Source: Candidatus Micrarchaeota archaeon
GTDB taxonomy: Archaea > Micrarchaeota > Micrarchaeia > Anstonellales > Bilamarchaeaceae
NCBI GenBank assembly: GCA_043827025.1
Contig: JBDRPL010000032.1
Location: 1 to 64,000, forward strand
DNA length: 64,000 nucleotides
Reading direction: 5' to 3'
A model generated the notes under the pieces. It had not been told where the DNA came from. It did no database searches and saw only the letters and a program-made list of their open reading frames with translations. Every line of letters starts with the position of its first letter. Within the stretch, counting starts at the first letter, position 1. Position numbers and translations under genes: made by a program. Shown here one piece after another: positions 1 to 9,793 of this stretch.

Positions 1-7
1 ATTTTCC

Positions 8-1282
8 ATGTCCAACCCCCTCATTGTCCATCATTATGATTGCGATGGTATTACTTCGGGCTCCATAGTTGCAGATGCCTTCAGGTCAAAGTCAAAGAAA
101 TACCGACAGAAATGGATCAAGAAGCTGGATGATTCCGTTATTGACGAGTTGAAATCGAGCAAGGAAAAAGAAATCATATTTGTAGATTTGGGTGGAGGGA
201 ACAAGCGAGTCAATGAGTTGGACGATGTTCTAGTGATAGATCATCACCAAACCGAAGGCATAGATAAACTTCAAATCAACCCTCTTTTATTTGGAGTAGA
301 TGGCGGAGAAGAGCTGAGTGCAGCAGGCACTACATCTCTTGTATTTGACCATCGAGAAGATCTTGGCATAGTTGGCGCAGTTGGTGATATGCAACACCCA
401 TTGAAAGGCGCGAATCGTTTCCTTTTGGAAAAGGCAGTCAAAAAGCAATTGGTAAATGTGGAGCACGATCTTTGCTTTTATGGTAGGTTCTCAAGGCCGA
501 TAATCCAATTCCTAATGTATTCCGATGATCCATATATCCCAGGACTTTCATATGATGAGGCACAGGTTATTGCGCTTCTCAATCGGCTTGGAATAAAGAT
601 GAAAAATGGGGATGGAGATCGAGATAGATGGAGGACTTATTCAGACCTTTCAAAAGAAGAGAAGATGAGATTGGTATCAGAACTTGCGAACATGCTTCTC
701 AACCAAAACCAGATAAAAAAGGCGGAAGACTTGATACAAGAATCATATTTGATGGCGAACCAGCCAAAAGATACTGAGATGTATGAAGCTAATGAGTTTT
801 CTACTTTGTTGAATGCCTGCGGAAGGCATGGAAAGGCAGAAATTGGGGTGTCAGTTTGCCTTGGAGATAAAGGGGCATATGACAAGGCAAGAGAATTGCT
901 AAGTCTTCACAGAAGGATGATAAAAGATGGCATAGAGTATGCAAAGAAGAATGTCCAAGATTTTGGAAAATTCTATTTTCTAGATGCAAGAGGCATTATA
1001 GACGAAGGGATCATAGGTATAATTTGTGGTATGTATCTCCATCCAGCTTCAACCAAGCCAATGATAGGTATTTCAGATGGTGATGAGGATACTCTAAAGC
1101 TTTCCTCCAGAGGCACCAAGAAGCTGATTGCCGAGGGACTTAACCTTAGTGCAGCATTGCACGAAGTCACTGAAATCGTAGGCGGGGTAGGCGGAGGCCA
1201 CAGAATTGCAGCAGGCGCATCCTTTCCAAAGGCCAAAATCAATGAATTCCTGTCAGAATTGGGACTTAGATTCTTGTCGTAA
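8..1282 (+). CDS. recJ: DHH/DHHA1 phosphoesterase, archaeal RecJ/GAN-like nuclease
   Basis: HYDCDG, VDLG, IDHH and GAVGD motifs, plus C-terminal DHHA1 GGGHRIAAG. Confidence 0.88.
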   Translation: MSNPLIVHHYDCDGITSGSIVADAFRSKSKKYRQKWIKKLDDSVIDELKSSKEKEIIFVDLGGGNKRVNELDDVLVIDHHQTEGIDKLQINPLLFGVDGGEELSAAGTTSLVFDHREDLGIVGAVGDMQHPLKGANRFLLEKAVKKQLVNVEHDLCFYGRFSRPIIQFLMYSDDPYIPGLSYDEAQVIALLNRLGIKMKNGDGDRDRWRTYSDLSKEEKMRLVSELANMLLNQNQIKKAEDLIQESYLMANQPKDTEMYEANEFSTLLNACGRHGKAEIGVSVCLGDKGAYDKARELLSLHRRMIKDGIEYAKKNVQDFGKFYFLDARGIIDEGIIGIICGMYLHPASTKPMIGISDGDEDTLKLSSRGTKKLIAEGLNLSAALHEVTEIVGGVGGGHRIAAGASFPKAKINEFLSELGLRFLS

Positions 1283-1338
1283 TCTCAAGAAGGGGTTGGA
1301 TAAGCTTTAAATATGCTGCTTTTCTTCATTAGTCTGTT

Positions 1339-2799
1339 ATGAATCTTAGTTTTAGGAATCGACAAGACGTCAGCCATACGGCTCAAAAATGCCCTAGCTT
1401 GGACCATGCCTTAAACAGGAAATCGCCTATGGAAATGTTCGGCCAAAAACAATATTCCGCTGAAGCCCTTAGGCCATGGTTTGGAAGCACAAGGACACGT
1501 TCAGGTTCATACTGCTATGGCTATGCAAAGAAAGGCAGAAAACCCATCGGGGTTTGGTCATATCTTGGATGGATGAATTTTTATACAAAATATGGATTGA
1601 CATTTGCCTCCTTCGAGGATTCTTTTTCCATAGGCAATCGCCTTTCTGCTTCAGCCAGTTCAGAAGCTGAGAAAACTCCATTTGCTTCAATGGTGAGCTT
1701 GCTTATGGCAGATTCTCATGTTTCCGCATTCTATTTTTCAGTTTCAGAATCAGGCGAGTCCGGAGTTCATGTTCTTAGGGATCAAAACCATAGTAATGAT
1801 TATTCCCATGGCGACAATCCTTCCAATCATTTTGACCATTTTGCTTCAGGCTACTACCCACATCATTCAGAACATCACGAACATAACGGAACCCATGTTT
1901 CTGAACACAGTGCAGAGCATCTTGAAATGAACTCTCATTTGTCAGCAATGCTTGCAGGTCGGGGTCACAACCCATTTGCGGATCTTATGCACACTAATGG
2001 TGACCATACTGCTCATATGGCTGCTGAAGAAGAAGCGCATGCAATTCAACACGCAATTCATGAAGCGCTTGAGACAGGTCATAATCATAGCGAAGGTTTG
2101 CATTTCGTTGCAGGCATGCATCACTTTCACAGTGAAATAGAGGTTTATCACTGGTATCATCACGAACATTCTGGCAATCACAACAATCCTTTTGGTCATG
2201 AAGAAGGCGAAGAACATGATGGAGAAGACCACGGATTGCATCATTCCCATCACATACATGGCCCAAGCGTCCACGGAGGCCACGGCTTTGCAGAATGGTT
2301 CTTATGGTGGCAGCATGGCCATGGATTTCACCATGAAAGTGTACATGTTCCACACGAATCGCATGAAGGAAACCATGAACCTCATTCGCACGATGCACAA
2401 GGTCATCACGAGCACAATGCCCATCATGGGCATCATGAGGGTGGAGACAAATCGCATTACGGTTTCCTAGGACATGGTTGGAATAGCCAGGCACATCCTT
2501 TTTGGGAATATGTATTCCACCACTCTTCCGAGCATCATGTTCCACGCACTTCAGATTCGCATTCCTCACATCTCACACCTAATCATGCTTCTTCAGGTCA
2601 TTCAGATGTTATGGTAGAGCACATTCAACATAACCACCCTTCAGAACATCATTCTTCAGATCCTGCTTTAGTAGGCCATAGTTCTGCTATTGAAGATCAC
2701 GTAATTGCCAAGAATCTTGCCCATTCAGGCTATAACCGCGCTTATGCAGTGAGATTCAAGACAACTGGCGCATCAAGCGGTTCAGACCGCTCAAATTAG
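1339..2799 (+). CDS. Histidine-rich low-complexity hypothetical protein
   Basis: 486-aa ORF with about 80 His by hand count; TATA-like tttaaata ~25 nt upstream. Confidence 0.75.
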   Translation: MNLSFRNRQDVSHTAQKCPSLDHALNRKSPMEMFGQKQYSAEALRPWFGSTRTRSGSYCYGYAKKGRKPIGVWSYLGWMNFYTKYGLTFASFEDSFSIGNRLSASASSEAEKTPFASMVSLLMADSHVSAFYFSVSESGESGVHVLRDQNHSNDYSHGDNPSNHFDHFASGYYPHHSEHHEHNGTHVSEHSAEHLEMNSHLSAMLAGRGHNPFADLMHTNGDHTAHMAAEEEAHAIQHAIHEALETGHNHSEGLHFVAGMHHFHSEIEVYHWYHHEHSGNHNNPFGHEEGEEHDGEDHGLHHSHHIHGPSVHGGHGFAEWFLWWQHGHGFHHESVHVPHESHEGNHEPHSHDAQGHHEHNAHHGHHEGGDKSHYGFLGHGWNSQAHPFWEYVFHHSSEHHVPRTSDSHSSHLTPNHASSGHSDVMVEHIQHNHPSEHHSSDPALVGHSSAIEDHVIAKNLAHSGYNRAYAVRFKTTGASSGSDRSN

Positions 2800-2880
2800 A
2801 TTGTTTTTAAATATTTCTACATTTCCGAACCATTTTTTACACAGAAAGACAAGAATATTTAAATAATAGTTATAGGCATA

Positions 2881-2980
2881 AAGGTAGAAGTGGAGATTAT
2901 CTTTCTTCACCTTGTTTTAAGTGTATGGGAGGATAACTGGTCGCCTTGCCAACAGACATCGCTCTGTTGGCCTACTTTTT
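2881..2980 (+). ncRNA. Candidate small structured RNA or terminator region
   Basis: TATA-like atatttaaat ~2855; imperfect hairpin 2881-2913; perfect 9-bp hairpin gccaacaga/tctgttggc 2948-2971 followed by a T tract. Confidence 0.3.
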
Positions 2981-3082
2981 CAAACGCTCAGTCTGATTTA
3001 TATGATAATCATTATTAGGGGTATTTACCACAAAATACCGTAAAAAGATACATTTAAATATAGTTTGGGAGTATAATTAACT

Positions 3083-3898
3083 ATGATTTCGTTATCTAAG
3101 AGGTTATCCCTTCGAGAGGTAATTCGCAGTACTGGATTCCGAAAGTCGGAAGAGCTTTTGCTTGAGTCTAGTATTAGGGCGTTTAGCCATTTGGAAGCGA
3201 TGGGCGTAGATAAAAAAGCCATGATTATTGGCGGTTTTGCATTTCGTTTGTATATTGCTGAACTATATAAAGGAAGGATTGCTAGTGGTGCGCCTACGGA
3301 CTTAGACCTTGCATTTACTGAAGTACCTCCACAATTAATGCGTTCTTTGAGACAAGATATGCTGATTGCTAGCGGCAAAGCAGTAACCTTTGATTCTCGC
3401 CAAGTACGTGTATCTGAAGAGGTCACGACCAATTTCCCTGTTTATCACTTATCTCCTGATAAAATGGATCAACTTCCATTTTTAGATGATGTCTGTATCT
3501 TTAATGGCAGAGTAGGAAAAATAGTCATAAGGCCAGAAGACTTACAAAGGGCAAGATTATTGGATGTTTATATCGGGGACGGAGTTACGAGAGTAGATGG
3601 CACACTTCGTGTTGCAGATCCTGGTTATATCCTTGCCAGCGTAGTGAATCCTGATGCATTAACAGGAACTCGCGCATGGCGTACTATTCTTGTATTAGCT
3701 AGTTTAGGAAAAGAAGACTTCAAAGAGGTAGTTGAAAGGTATGTTGACATCGTAACTGCAAGTGGCATCTCTACTCAAGAATTGGCACAACCTTTAGCAC
3801 TTCTCAACGATATGGGCAAAAGAAAAGGTTTTGCTGACCAGGTAGCGCAATTTTTCGATGGGGTTCAGACCAAAATGGGAAAGATATTAGAAGCATAA
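3083..3898 (+). CDS. Putative Pol-beta-superfamily nucleotidyltransferase
   Basis: hIGGFA followed by PTDLDL matches the hG[GS]...DhD pattern. Confidence 0.55.
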   Translation: MISLSKRLSLREVIRSTGFRKSEELLLESSIRAFSHLEAMGVDKKAMIIGGFAFRLYIAELYKGRIASGAPTDLDLAFTEVPPQLMRSLRQDMLIASGKAVTFDSRQVRVSEEVTTNFPVYHLSPDKMDQLPFLDDVCIFNGRVGKIVIRPEDLQRARLLDVYIGDGVTRVDGTLRVADPGYILASVVNPDALTGTRAWRTILVLASLGKEDFKEVVERYVDIVTASGISTQELAQPLALLNDMGKRKGFADQVAQFFDGVQTKMGKILEA

Positions 3899-3929
3899 TT
3901 CTTTTATTTTACCCTGTGAATCTATTATT

Positions 3930-4901
3930 ATGATAGAAATCGATTGTTCAGAAGGCGAATCAGGTGGTCAAATTGTTCGGACTGCACTTTCTCTGTCTTC
4001 CATAACTCAGAAGCCCATACGCCTCTTTAACATAAGGGCAAAACGCCCGAATCCAGGTCTTGCTGCCCAGCATCTTATGTGTGCAAGATCAGTTAGAAAA
4101 ATCTGCAGAGGCACTTTAGAGCATGATGAAATAGGAAGCAGTGATCTCATCTTCAATCCTGGCAAGATTGTTGGCGGGGAATATGAGTTTAATATTGGAA
4201 CTGCGGGTTCAGTAACCCTGGTGGCACAGACAGTCATCCCAATCCTTCTTTATGCAGACAAGCCAAGCAAGATAAAAATCATTGGCGGAACCCATGTGAT
4301 GAAATCTCCAGGCTATGATTACTTCGAGAAGGTTTTCATTCCAGCCATAAACCTGATCGGGGCAAAGGCAGCTTCAAAACTTATAATGCCAGGCTTTTAT
4401 CCAAAAGGAGGTGGAGAAATAGAATTCGAAGTTTCTCCATCAAAACTCCATTCAAGAATCGAATGGCCGAAAACAGATGAAGTGAAATCATTAATTCGTT
4501 TGTCAGGGCTTCCAGCTTCAATAGGTGTTCGTGAGAAAATAATCTTTCATAATAATAAACTTCCTAGTGTTCGCGTATATGAAGATGATGCCGAAAGCAT
4601 TGGCAATGCCATAACCTCATGGCGAGGACTGTGCGGAAGCTACGTTTTAGGTGAAAAAGGCAAGAGGGCAGAAGTTGTTGCGCAGGAAGCAATCGACGAA
4701 TTGAAGAAAGAAACAGAGTGCGGTGCAGATGTTGACAAACATCTTGCAGACCAAATTCTATTGTATCTATGCCTTGCAGATAGAAAATCAACTTTCTCCA
4801 CAAGTGAAATCACTAGTCATTTCACGACCAACTGCCAGACAATAGGAAGATTCTTGGAAAGGAAAATAAAAGTTTTGGAGAACGTTGTTTCAATATCTTA
4901 A
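3930..4901 (+). CDS. rtcA: RNA 3'-terminal phosphate cyclase
   Basis: GESGGQIVRTA, NIRAKRPNPGL..QH, GFYPKGGG, VDKHLADQ. Confidence 0.95.
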   Translation: MIEIDCSEGESGGQIVRTALSLSSITQKPIRLFNIRAKRPNPGLAAQHLMCARSVRKICRGTLEHDEIGSSDLIFNPGKIVGGEYEFNIGTAGSVTLVAQTVIPILLYADKPSKIKIIGGTHVMKSPGYDYFEKVFIPAINLIGAKAASKLIMPGFYPKGGGEIEFEVSPSKLHSRIEWPKTDEVKSLIRLSGLPASIGVREKIIFHNNKLPSVRVYEDDAESIGNAITSWRGLCGSYVLGEKGKRAEVVAQEAIDELKKETECGADVDKHLADQILLYLCLADRKSTFSTSEITSHFTTNCQTIGRFLERKIKVLENVVSIS

Positions 4902-5485
4902 GAAGCAGGCTTCTCTATCTCCTGCCCTGCAAGTATCTTTCCATTCTTGCTGACTTCTACTACATACTGTGTATTCGAGTATGCGGAGCCCCATACAACG
5001 ACCCATTTGTCCTCGTTTTCCTTTGCAACTGGTATCGCACTAGGATTGAATTCTAAGAATTTGTTCATACCTTCGCTTCCTGAAAGGGTGTGCGATGCGA
5101 TTATGGCTTCTTCAGGGAATGCAATTACGCATGGCCCTTTTGTGCATACTCTGCATCCTTTTGTCAGGTATTCAGGAGCCTGCTGAACGAAATTTTGAGT
5201 AGGGTAATTATAATAGATGTGTGTTCTTATTGGGCATTTGGATTGTGCGTCTTCAGTTGCCTTTGCCTTTATTTCATAATATTTTCCAGTTGCTCCATTT
5301 TCAACTGTCGTCACTGAAAGAACTTCAACTTCGCCATTAGGGTATTTTGCCTGCAGGTCTTTCATTACGAATTCTATGGCAGTGGATTCCTTGAGATCAT
5401 GTTTGAAGAATGTGGTGAAAATTATCAATACTGCAATTATGATCACAAGTACGATTATGATTCTAGCCTCTATGTTCTTTGCCAT
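4898..5485 (-). CDS. Hypothetical membrane-anchored surface protein
   Basis: N-terminal hydrophobic helix and four Cys. Confidence 0.75.
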   Translation of the reverse strand: MAKNIEARIIIVLVIIIAVLIIFTTFFKHDLKESTAIEFVMKDLQAKYPNGEVEVLSVTTVENGATGKYYEIKAKATEDAQSKCPIRTHIYYNYPTQNFVQQAPEYLTKGCRVCTKGPCVIAFPEEAIIASHTLSGSEGMNKFLEFNPSAIPVAKENEDKWVVVWGSAYSNTQYVVEVSKNGKILAGQEIEKPAS

Positions 5486-5534
5486 GTTTATCCATCAGCA
5501 TTAAAGTTTTTATTGTTTGTTGTTTGAGAATATG

Positions 5535-5858
5535 TCATTGGTTTGCTGACATTATAGCTTCAGCGATATCTCCATTCGCGTTTTTGAGAAGTTCAATTGC
5601 CTTTTCTCTGGAGCAGCCTGTCTTTTCCATAATGAGCTTCAAATCATCTTCATTCATTTTTGCCTGCATCTCCGTTTTTCCTGCAATCTGGAAAGACGTC
5701 TGGCCTTGCATGGTTATTTCAGTTATCTGTGGATCAGTTATTACGAGGTTCTCATCTTCCATTTCTATTATGACCCTAATGGCATTTATCTCCTTTGAGT
5801 TGATGCCCATCTGCTTCATCAGTTTTTGCATCTGTTGTGGATTCATATTTGGAAGCAT
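5535..5858 (-). CDS. nac: Nascent polypeptide-associated complex protein
   Basis: MNPQQMQKLMKQMGI N-terminus and UBA-like C-terminus NGDIAEAIM. Confidence 0.95.
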   Translation of the reverse strand: MLPNMNPQQMQKLMKQMGINSKEINAIRVIIEMEDENLVITDPQITEITMQGQTSFQIAGKTEMQAKMNEDDLKLIMEKTGCSREKAIELLKNANGDIAEAIMSANQ

Positions 5859-5869
5859 ATTCTCGCCGT

Positions 5870-6457
5870 TTATCCGAAGACTTCTTTCCTTTCTGTCTTG
5901 TTTATCTCGATCCTTCTCATTGAAGTGATTGATTTTACCTTTGCAAGTATTTTCGAGCCAACTCTTTCATATAATATATCTTTCATGGCTTCGTCGAAAG
6001 TGAGCGGGCTTAGGTTGGCGAGTATTTCTTCGACAATCTTCTTCCCAAGGTTCTTCTTTGTGGTTGCACTTACTTTTCCTGCTGTGACTGCCACTACCTT
6101 TACCCGTAGAGTTTCTCCATCCTTGGTTTTGACATCAACCACGTAATGGCTTATGTTCTTCCCTCTTCTTGCGAATGTCTTTAGAAATGAGTTTGACATT
6201 TTATGCCCTATGAGCTTGGTTTTCGCAGTTGTTGCTCCGATATCTGTTATTCTGAACAATACTGTGGTGAATGCTGCAGTCTGGGTTCTGCTTGAAGTCA
6301 GCCTTGCAAGATTTACTTGAAGTATTCTGTTCTTAAGGCCTTTTTCATCTGTTCCGAGTACTTCGCAGATTTCCCCACCTTCGAATAATGCTGGTGCTTC
6401 TACACTATACCATTTTTTTAATTTCCATTTGTCAACGACTTTAGTTCTCTTCGCCAT
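5870..6457 (-). CDS. rps3ae: 30S ribosomal protein S3Ae (eS1)
   Basis: DKWKLKKWYSVEAP; VKTKDG; RRIEINK. Confidence 0.92.
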   Translation of the reverse strand: MAKRTKVVDKWKLKKWYSVEAPALFEGGEICEVLGTDEKGLKNRILQVNLARLTSSRTQTAAFTTVLFRITDIGATTAKTKLIGHKMSNSFLKTFARRGKNISHYVVDVKTKDGETLRVKVVAVTAGKVSATTKKNLGKKIVEEILANLSPLTFDEAMKDILYERVGSKILAKVKSITSMRRIEINKTERKEVFG

Positions 6458-6470
6458 CTTTTCACCAGAC

Positions 6471-6926
6471 CTACTTCACCAAAAGTGCTGCGCTTTCAGG
6501 ATTATATTTCCAGTCCTTTGCAAGTACTCCCTTTCTTTTGTAATATTTAACAAGCCTGTTTATCTTCGATTCGATATGCAATAGCTTGACTTTGTTATGA
6601 ATATCTTTCTTGAATTCTTTCATGTGTTTCCTCATACCCACTGCTCTTCGGATGAGGTCCATTACGTCATCAGGATATTCAGGATTTGCATTTTCCTTTT
6701 TAAGATAGCTGCCTATTGTTTCCCCAATGACTGGCCTTGCATTAGGTATGGCGTATTCGTCTCTGAGAATTCTTCCTATTTTGGATTTAGGAGTACCTTC
6801 TTTTGCCAGCTTCAGTATGATTTCCTTTACTTGGTGCTCATTTTCGCTTACCCATTCCGGACTAGTTTTTCTTTTGGGTCTTTTAGTTCCGGATCTCCCG
6901 CCTTTTTTTGAATGTAATCTTGCCAT
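6471..6926 (-). CDS. rps15: 30S ribosomal protein S15 (uS15/S13e)
   Basis: MARLHSKKGGRSGTKRP; IESKINRLVKYYK. Confidence 0.96.
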   Translation of the reverse strand: MARLHSKKGGRSGTKRPKRKTSPEWVSENEHQVKEIILKLAKEGTPKSKIGRILRDEYAIPNARPVIGETIGSYLKKENANPEYPDDVMDLIRRAVGMRKHMKEFKKDIHNKVKLLHIESKINRLVKYYKRKGVLAKDWKYNPESAALLVK

Positions 6927-6955
6927 TTTATCACTTTCATCAGATGTCTCTTCTT

Positions 6956-7504
6956 CTACTTTTTATTAAAATTCTCTTTTATATATTTTGAAAGTTTCAG
7001 AAGAGAAAGATATCTATGTGATAGTTTGTTTTTTAAGTCTTTGCTTTCAGCAAAGGTCTGGTTTTCTCCCTTGGGAATGAATAGGGAGTCATAGCCAAAA
7101 CCATCTTTGCCTTTTTCCTCAAACCCAACATTTCCATTACATTTTCCAGCAAAGGTCTTTACCTCATTTCCATCGTGGAATGCTATATATGTTTCGAAGT
7201 GCGCTCCCCGACTTTCAATGCCTTTAAGCAGTTTCAATATTCCTTTTGGGCCTATCTTTTCCATTACCCATGCAGAATACGCCCCAGGAAATCCATTCAG
7301 CGCATCTATGGACAATCCGGTATCATCTACAAAAACAGGTTTTTTCAGTTTTGCATATGCAGTTTTCACCGCTTCGACAGCAATTTCCTCAAGATTGTCC
7401 GACCTTATCTCATTGTGCTTAAAGCTGAATCTCTTTATTCCAGGGATGATTTCATTGGCTTCATTGAATTTGTGAATATTGCTTGTTGCGAAATATATTT
7501 CCAT
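6956..7504 (-). CDS. rdgB: RdgB/HAM1 non-canonical purine NTP pyrophosphatase
   Basis: FATSNIHK, DDTGL, GFPG, GFGYD, KNKLSHR. Confidence 0.95.
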   Translation of the reverse strand: MEIYFATSNIHKFNEANEIIPGIKRFSFKHNEIRSDNLEEIAVEAVKTAYAKLKKPVFVDDTGLSIDALNGFPGAYSAWVMEKIGPKGILKLLKGIESRGAHFETYIAFHDGNEVKTFAGKCNGNVGFEEKGKDGFGYDSLFIPKGENQTFAESKDLKNKLSHRYLSLLKLSKYIKENFNKK

Positions 7505-7555
7505 GTGAGGTTCTTCGAGTCTACTTATTTAAAACTATTTCTCTAAGTTTAATTC

Positions 7556-8305
7556 ATGGCAAATAAAAAGAAAGACAAGAGCAAAGAGAAGGTATCTTCA
7601 AAAAAAGAGCTACAGGTTACTAGTCCTGCACAGAAGGTCATGGAAAAGGAATCTGAACAAACAGTGAAAAGTCTCGAGAAACTAATCCTTTCCATCAAAT
7701 TCTACCCTGTTGCAGTCAAGGCAGATGTTAAGGACAATGCTGTTCGCGAACTTCTCTCGAGGTATGAAGCAGGCAATGATACTTTCAAACAGCTCATACT
7801 TTATATGATACATGAAAATATTTCCCAGGTATCTGAACTTAAGACAATGTATAATTTTGAGTTCTATAAGCGCAAGTTCCCGAATATTGAACCTGCGCAG
7901 AACCGCTTTAATGTGTACAAGTCCATGTTCCATTTTAATTTCTCAATCGAGGGAATATGTGAATTGGTTTCCATCCTTGGCAGGTTGAGTGGAGATGGTG
8001 CTGCAAAGGTTTTGACATATCATTTCACCTTTCTTTCAGGATTTGATTCGGATGCCATTCGCATGATAAGGAATGCAGTTATTGAAGCGTTGGGTGAGTC
8101 AAATTCTTTTTATGCATTCAATTCTCTCCTTACCTACGCACGATATTGCGACAACGAACAGCTTATCAACAGGATTGCCTCTTCAATTTCACGATGGTCC
8201 AAGAAAATAGATTCCCTGAACATAGCTGAATCGAAGAAGGCTGAGTTGCATAGGGTGCTTTCAGAGCTCGTACTTCCTAATTTCAGAGAGAACCATTACA
8301 GGTGA
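7556..8305 (+). CDS. Hypothetical alpha-helical (HEAT-like) protein
   Basis: Helical repeat-like segments such as IRNAVIEALGE. Confidence 0.65.
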   Translation: MANKKKDKSKEKVSSKKELQVTSPAQKVMEKESEQTVKSLEKLILSIKFYPVAVKADVKDNAVRELLSRYEAGNDTFKQLILYMIHENISQVSELKTMYNFEFYKRKFPNIEPAQNRFNVYKSMFHFNFSIEGICELVSILGRLSGDGAAKVLTYHFTFLSGFDSDAIRMIRNAVIEALGESNSFYAFNSLLTYARYCDNEQLINRIASSISRWSKKIDSLNIAESKKAELHRVLSELVLPNFRENHYR

Positions 8306-8309
8306 TGCT

Positions 8310-9065
8310 GTGAAGATCCATTTCTTAGGAACAAATGGTTGGTTCGATTCGAATACGGGTGAAACTCCTTGCATATTGATTGATTCAAAGGAAGCATATG
8401 TTGTTTTGGATGCGGGGAATGGAATACGGAAATTGGACAAGTATATTAAAGACAAAAAGAAGCCCATCTATCTGTTTCTCAGCCACTTCCATCTCGACCA
8501 TACCAGTGGCTTGCATATTCTCCTAAAGTTCAATTTTTCCCAAGGTCTGGTGATTGCAGGTCAGCCTGGAACCAAAGGAATATTGGGCAGGCTAATGGCA
8601 AAACCATTCACAGCGCCATTGCAATTGCTTAACAGGAAATATCCTGTGAAGGTTATTGACCTCAAACAGGGCAAGGATCAGCTTGGCGCTCTCACGTTCG
8701 AGGCAGATTATCTCGACCATGCAGATCCTTGTTTTGGCTATTCTTTTTTTATTGAGGGAAAGAAGATAACTTATTGCACTGATACAGGGGTTTGCAACAA
8801 CCTCGTCAGACTGGCAAAAAAGTCAGACGTTTTCATAACAGAATGCACCTGGAACAAGAGAAATCAATATAAGGGATGGCCTCATCTTTCACCGCATGAT
8901 GCCGCAGAAGTCGCAAAGAAGGCAGATGTAAAGCGATTGATTCTAACTCATTTCGAGGCTTCAAATTATTCAAATATGGCGGACAGGAGAGAGGCGGAGA
9001 AAAAAGCAAAAAAGATTTTTGCGGATACTGTTGCAGCCAGGGATGATTTGACAATCAAGGTTTAA
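8310..9065 (+). CDS. Metallo-beta-lactamase fold hydrolase, RNase Z/BN-like
   Basis: FLGTNG, LDAG, SHFHLDH, YCTDT, HLSP, LTHF. Confidence 0.85.
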   Translation: MKIHFLGTNGWFDSNTGETPCILIDSKEAYVVLDAGNGIRKLDKYIKDKKKPIYLFLSHFHLDHTSGLHILLKFNFSQGLVIAGQPGTKGILGRLMAKPFTAPLQLLNRKYPVKVIDLKQGKDQLGALTFEADYLDHADPCFGYSFFIEGKKITYCTDTGVCNNLVRLAKKSDVFITECTWNKRNQYKGWPHLSPHDAAEVAKKADVKRLILTHFEASNYSNMADRREAEKKAKKIFADTVAARDDLTIKV

Positions 9066-9724
9066 CCTTTGTTCTCACTGCATTTTCTAATTATCTCTTT
9101 TATCTCCGGATTTTTCTTGTTTATCCCTGCCTTTTCAATTGCCTCAAGTATTTTCTGCGCTGTTTTTTTATCCTTGAATTGTGCATCTCCGTCAAGCACA
9201 ACTTCTGCAGATTCCCTGATCTCGCGATCATTGCTTTTTAGGAACTCAATTAGCTTGTCATATTTTTTTCTGTTTGAATAATGGTATGCTAGATCAGTTG
9301 CTGCATAGCTTCTTATGGCATGATCATAGCCTTTCAATTTTGCCACGAGTAAATCTTCTATAAATGAAAGGCCTTCATTGAATTCAAGCGAAATTGTCCA
9401 CAACGCACTTATGATTGGTTTGTTTATTTCTTTATCGTCAAGCATCTCAGCGAATTTCTTCTTATCTTTCTTGTTTATGTAATGGTAATCAATTACCTTT
9501 GCCACCATTCCTGAATCCTCTTTCAACATTGAGAATAATGCAGGAATCGCATGGGTGATGTCCTTCTTTTCCTGGACGCGTTGCCAAAGTGCGAAAATCG
9601 CACCGTTTTTAGGGTTCTCTTCAGAACTTTTCAGCATATTTTCCAATGCCTTCCAATTCCTTTTCCTTATCATTGCCAATGCATTTTCTCTTTCTTCGTT
9701 CCATGGCGGTAGTTGGCGTGACAT
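9062..9724 (-). CDS. HEAT-repeat-like hypothetical protein
   Basis: Repeated helical units ending DREIRESAEVVL and AIRSYAATDL. Confidence 0.6.
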   Translation of the reverse strand: MSRQLPPWNEERENALAMIRKRNWKALENMLKSSEENPKNGAIFALWQRVQEKKDITHAIPALFSMLKEDSGMVAKVIDYHYINKKDKKKFAEMLDDKEINKPIISALWTISLEFNEGLSFIEDLLVAKLKGYDHAIRSYAATDLAYHYSNRKKYDKLIEFLKSNDREIRESAEVVLDGDAQFKDKKTAQKILEAIEKAGINKKNPEIKEIIRKCSENKG

Positions 9725-9793
9725 ACCTACATCCTTCCAATGAGCTTTAAATTACTTTCTGTTGGCAGTATTGTTTGAATTATCTTTTTTAAG

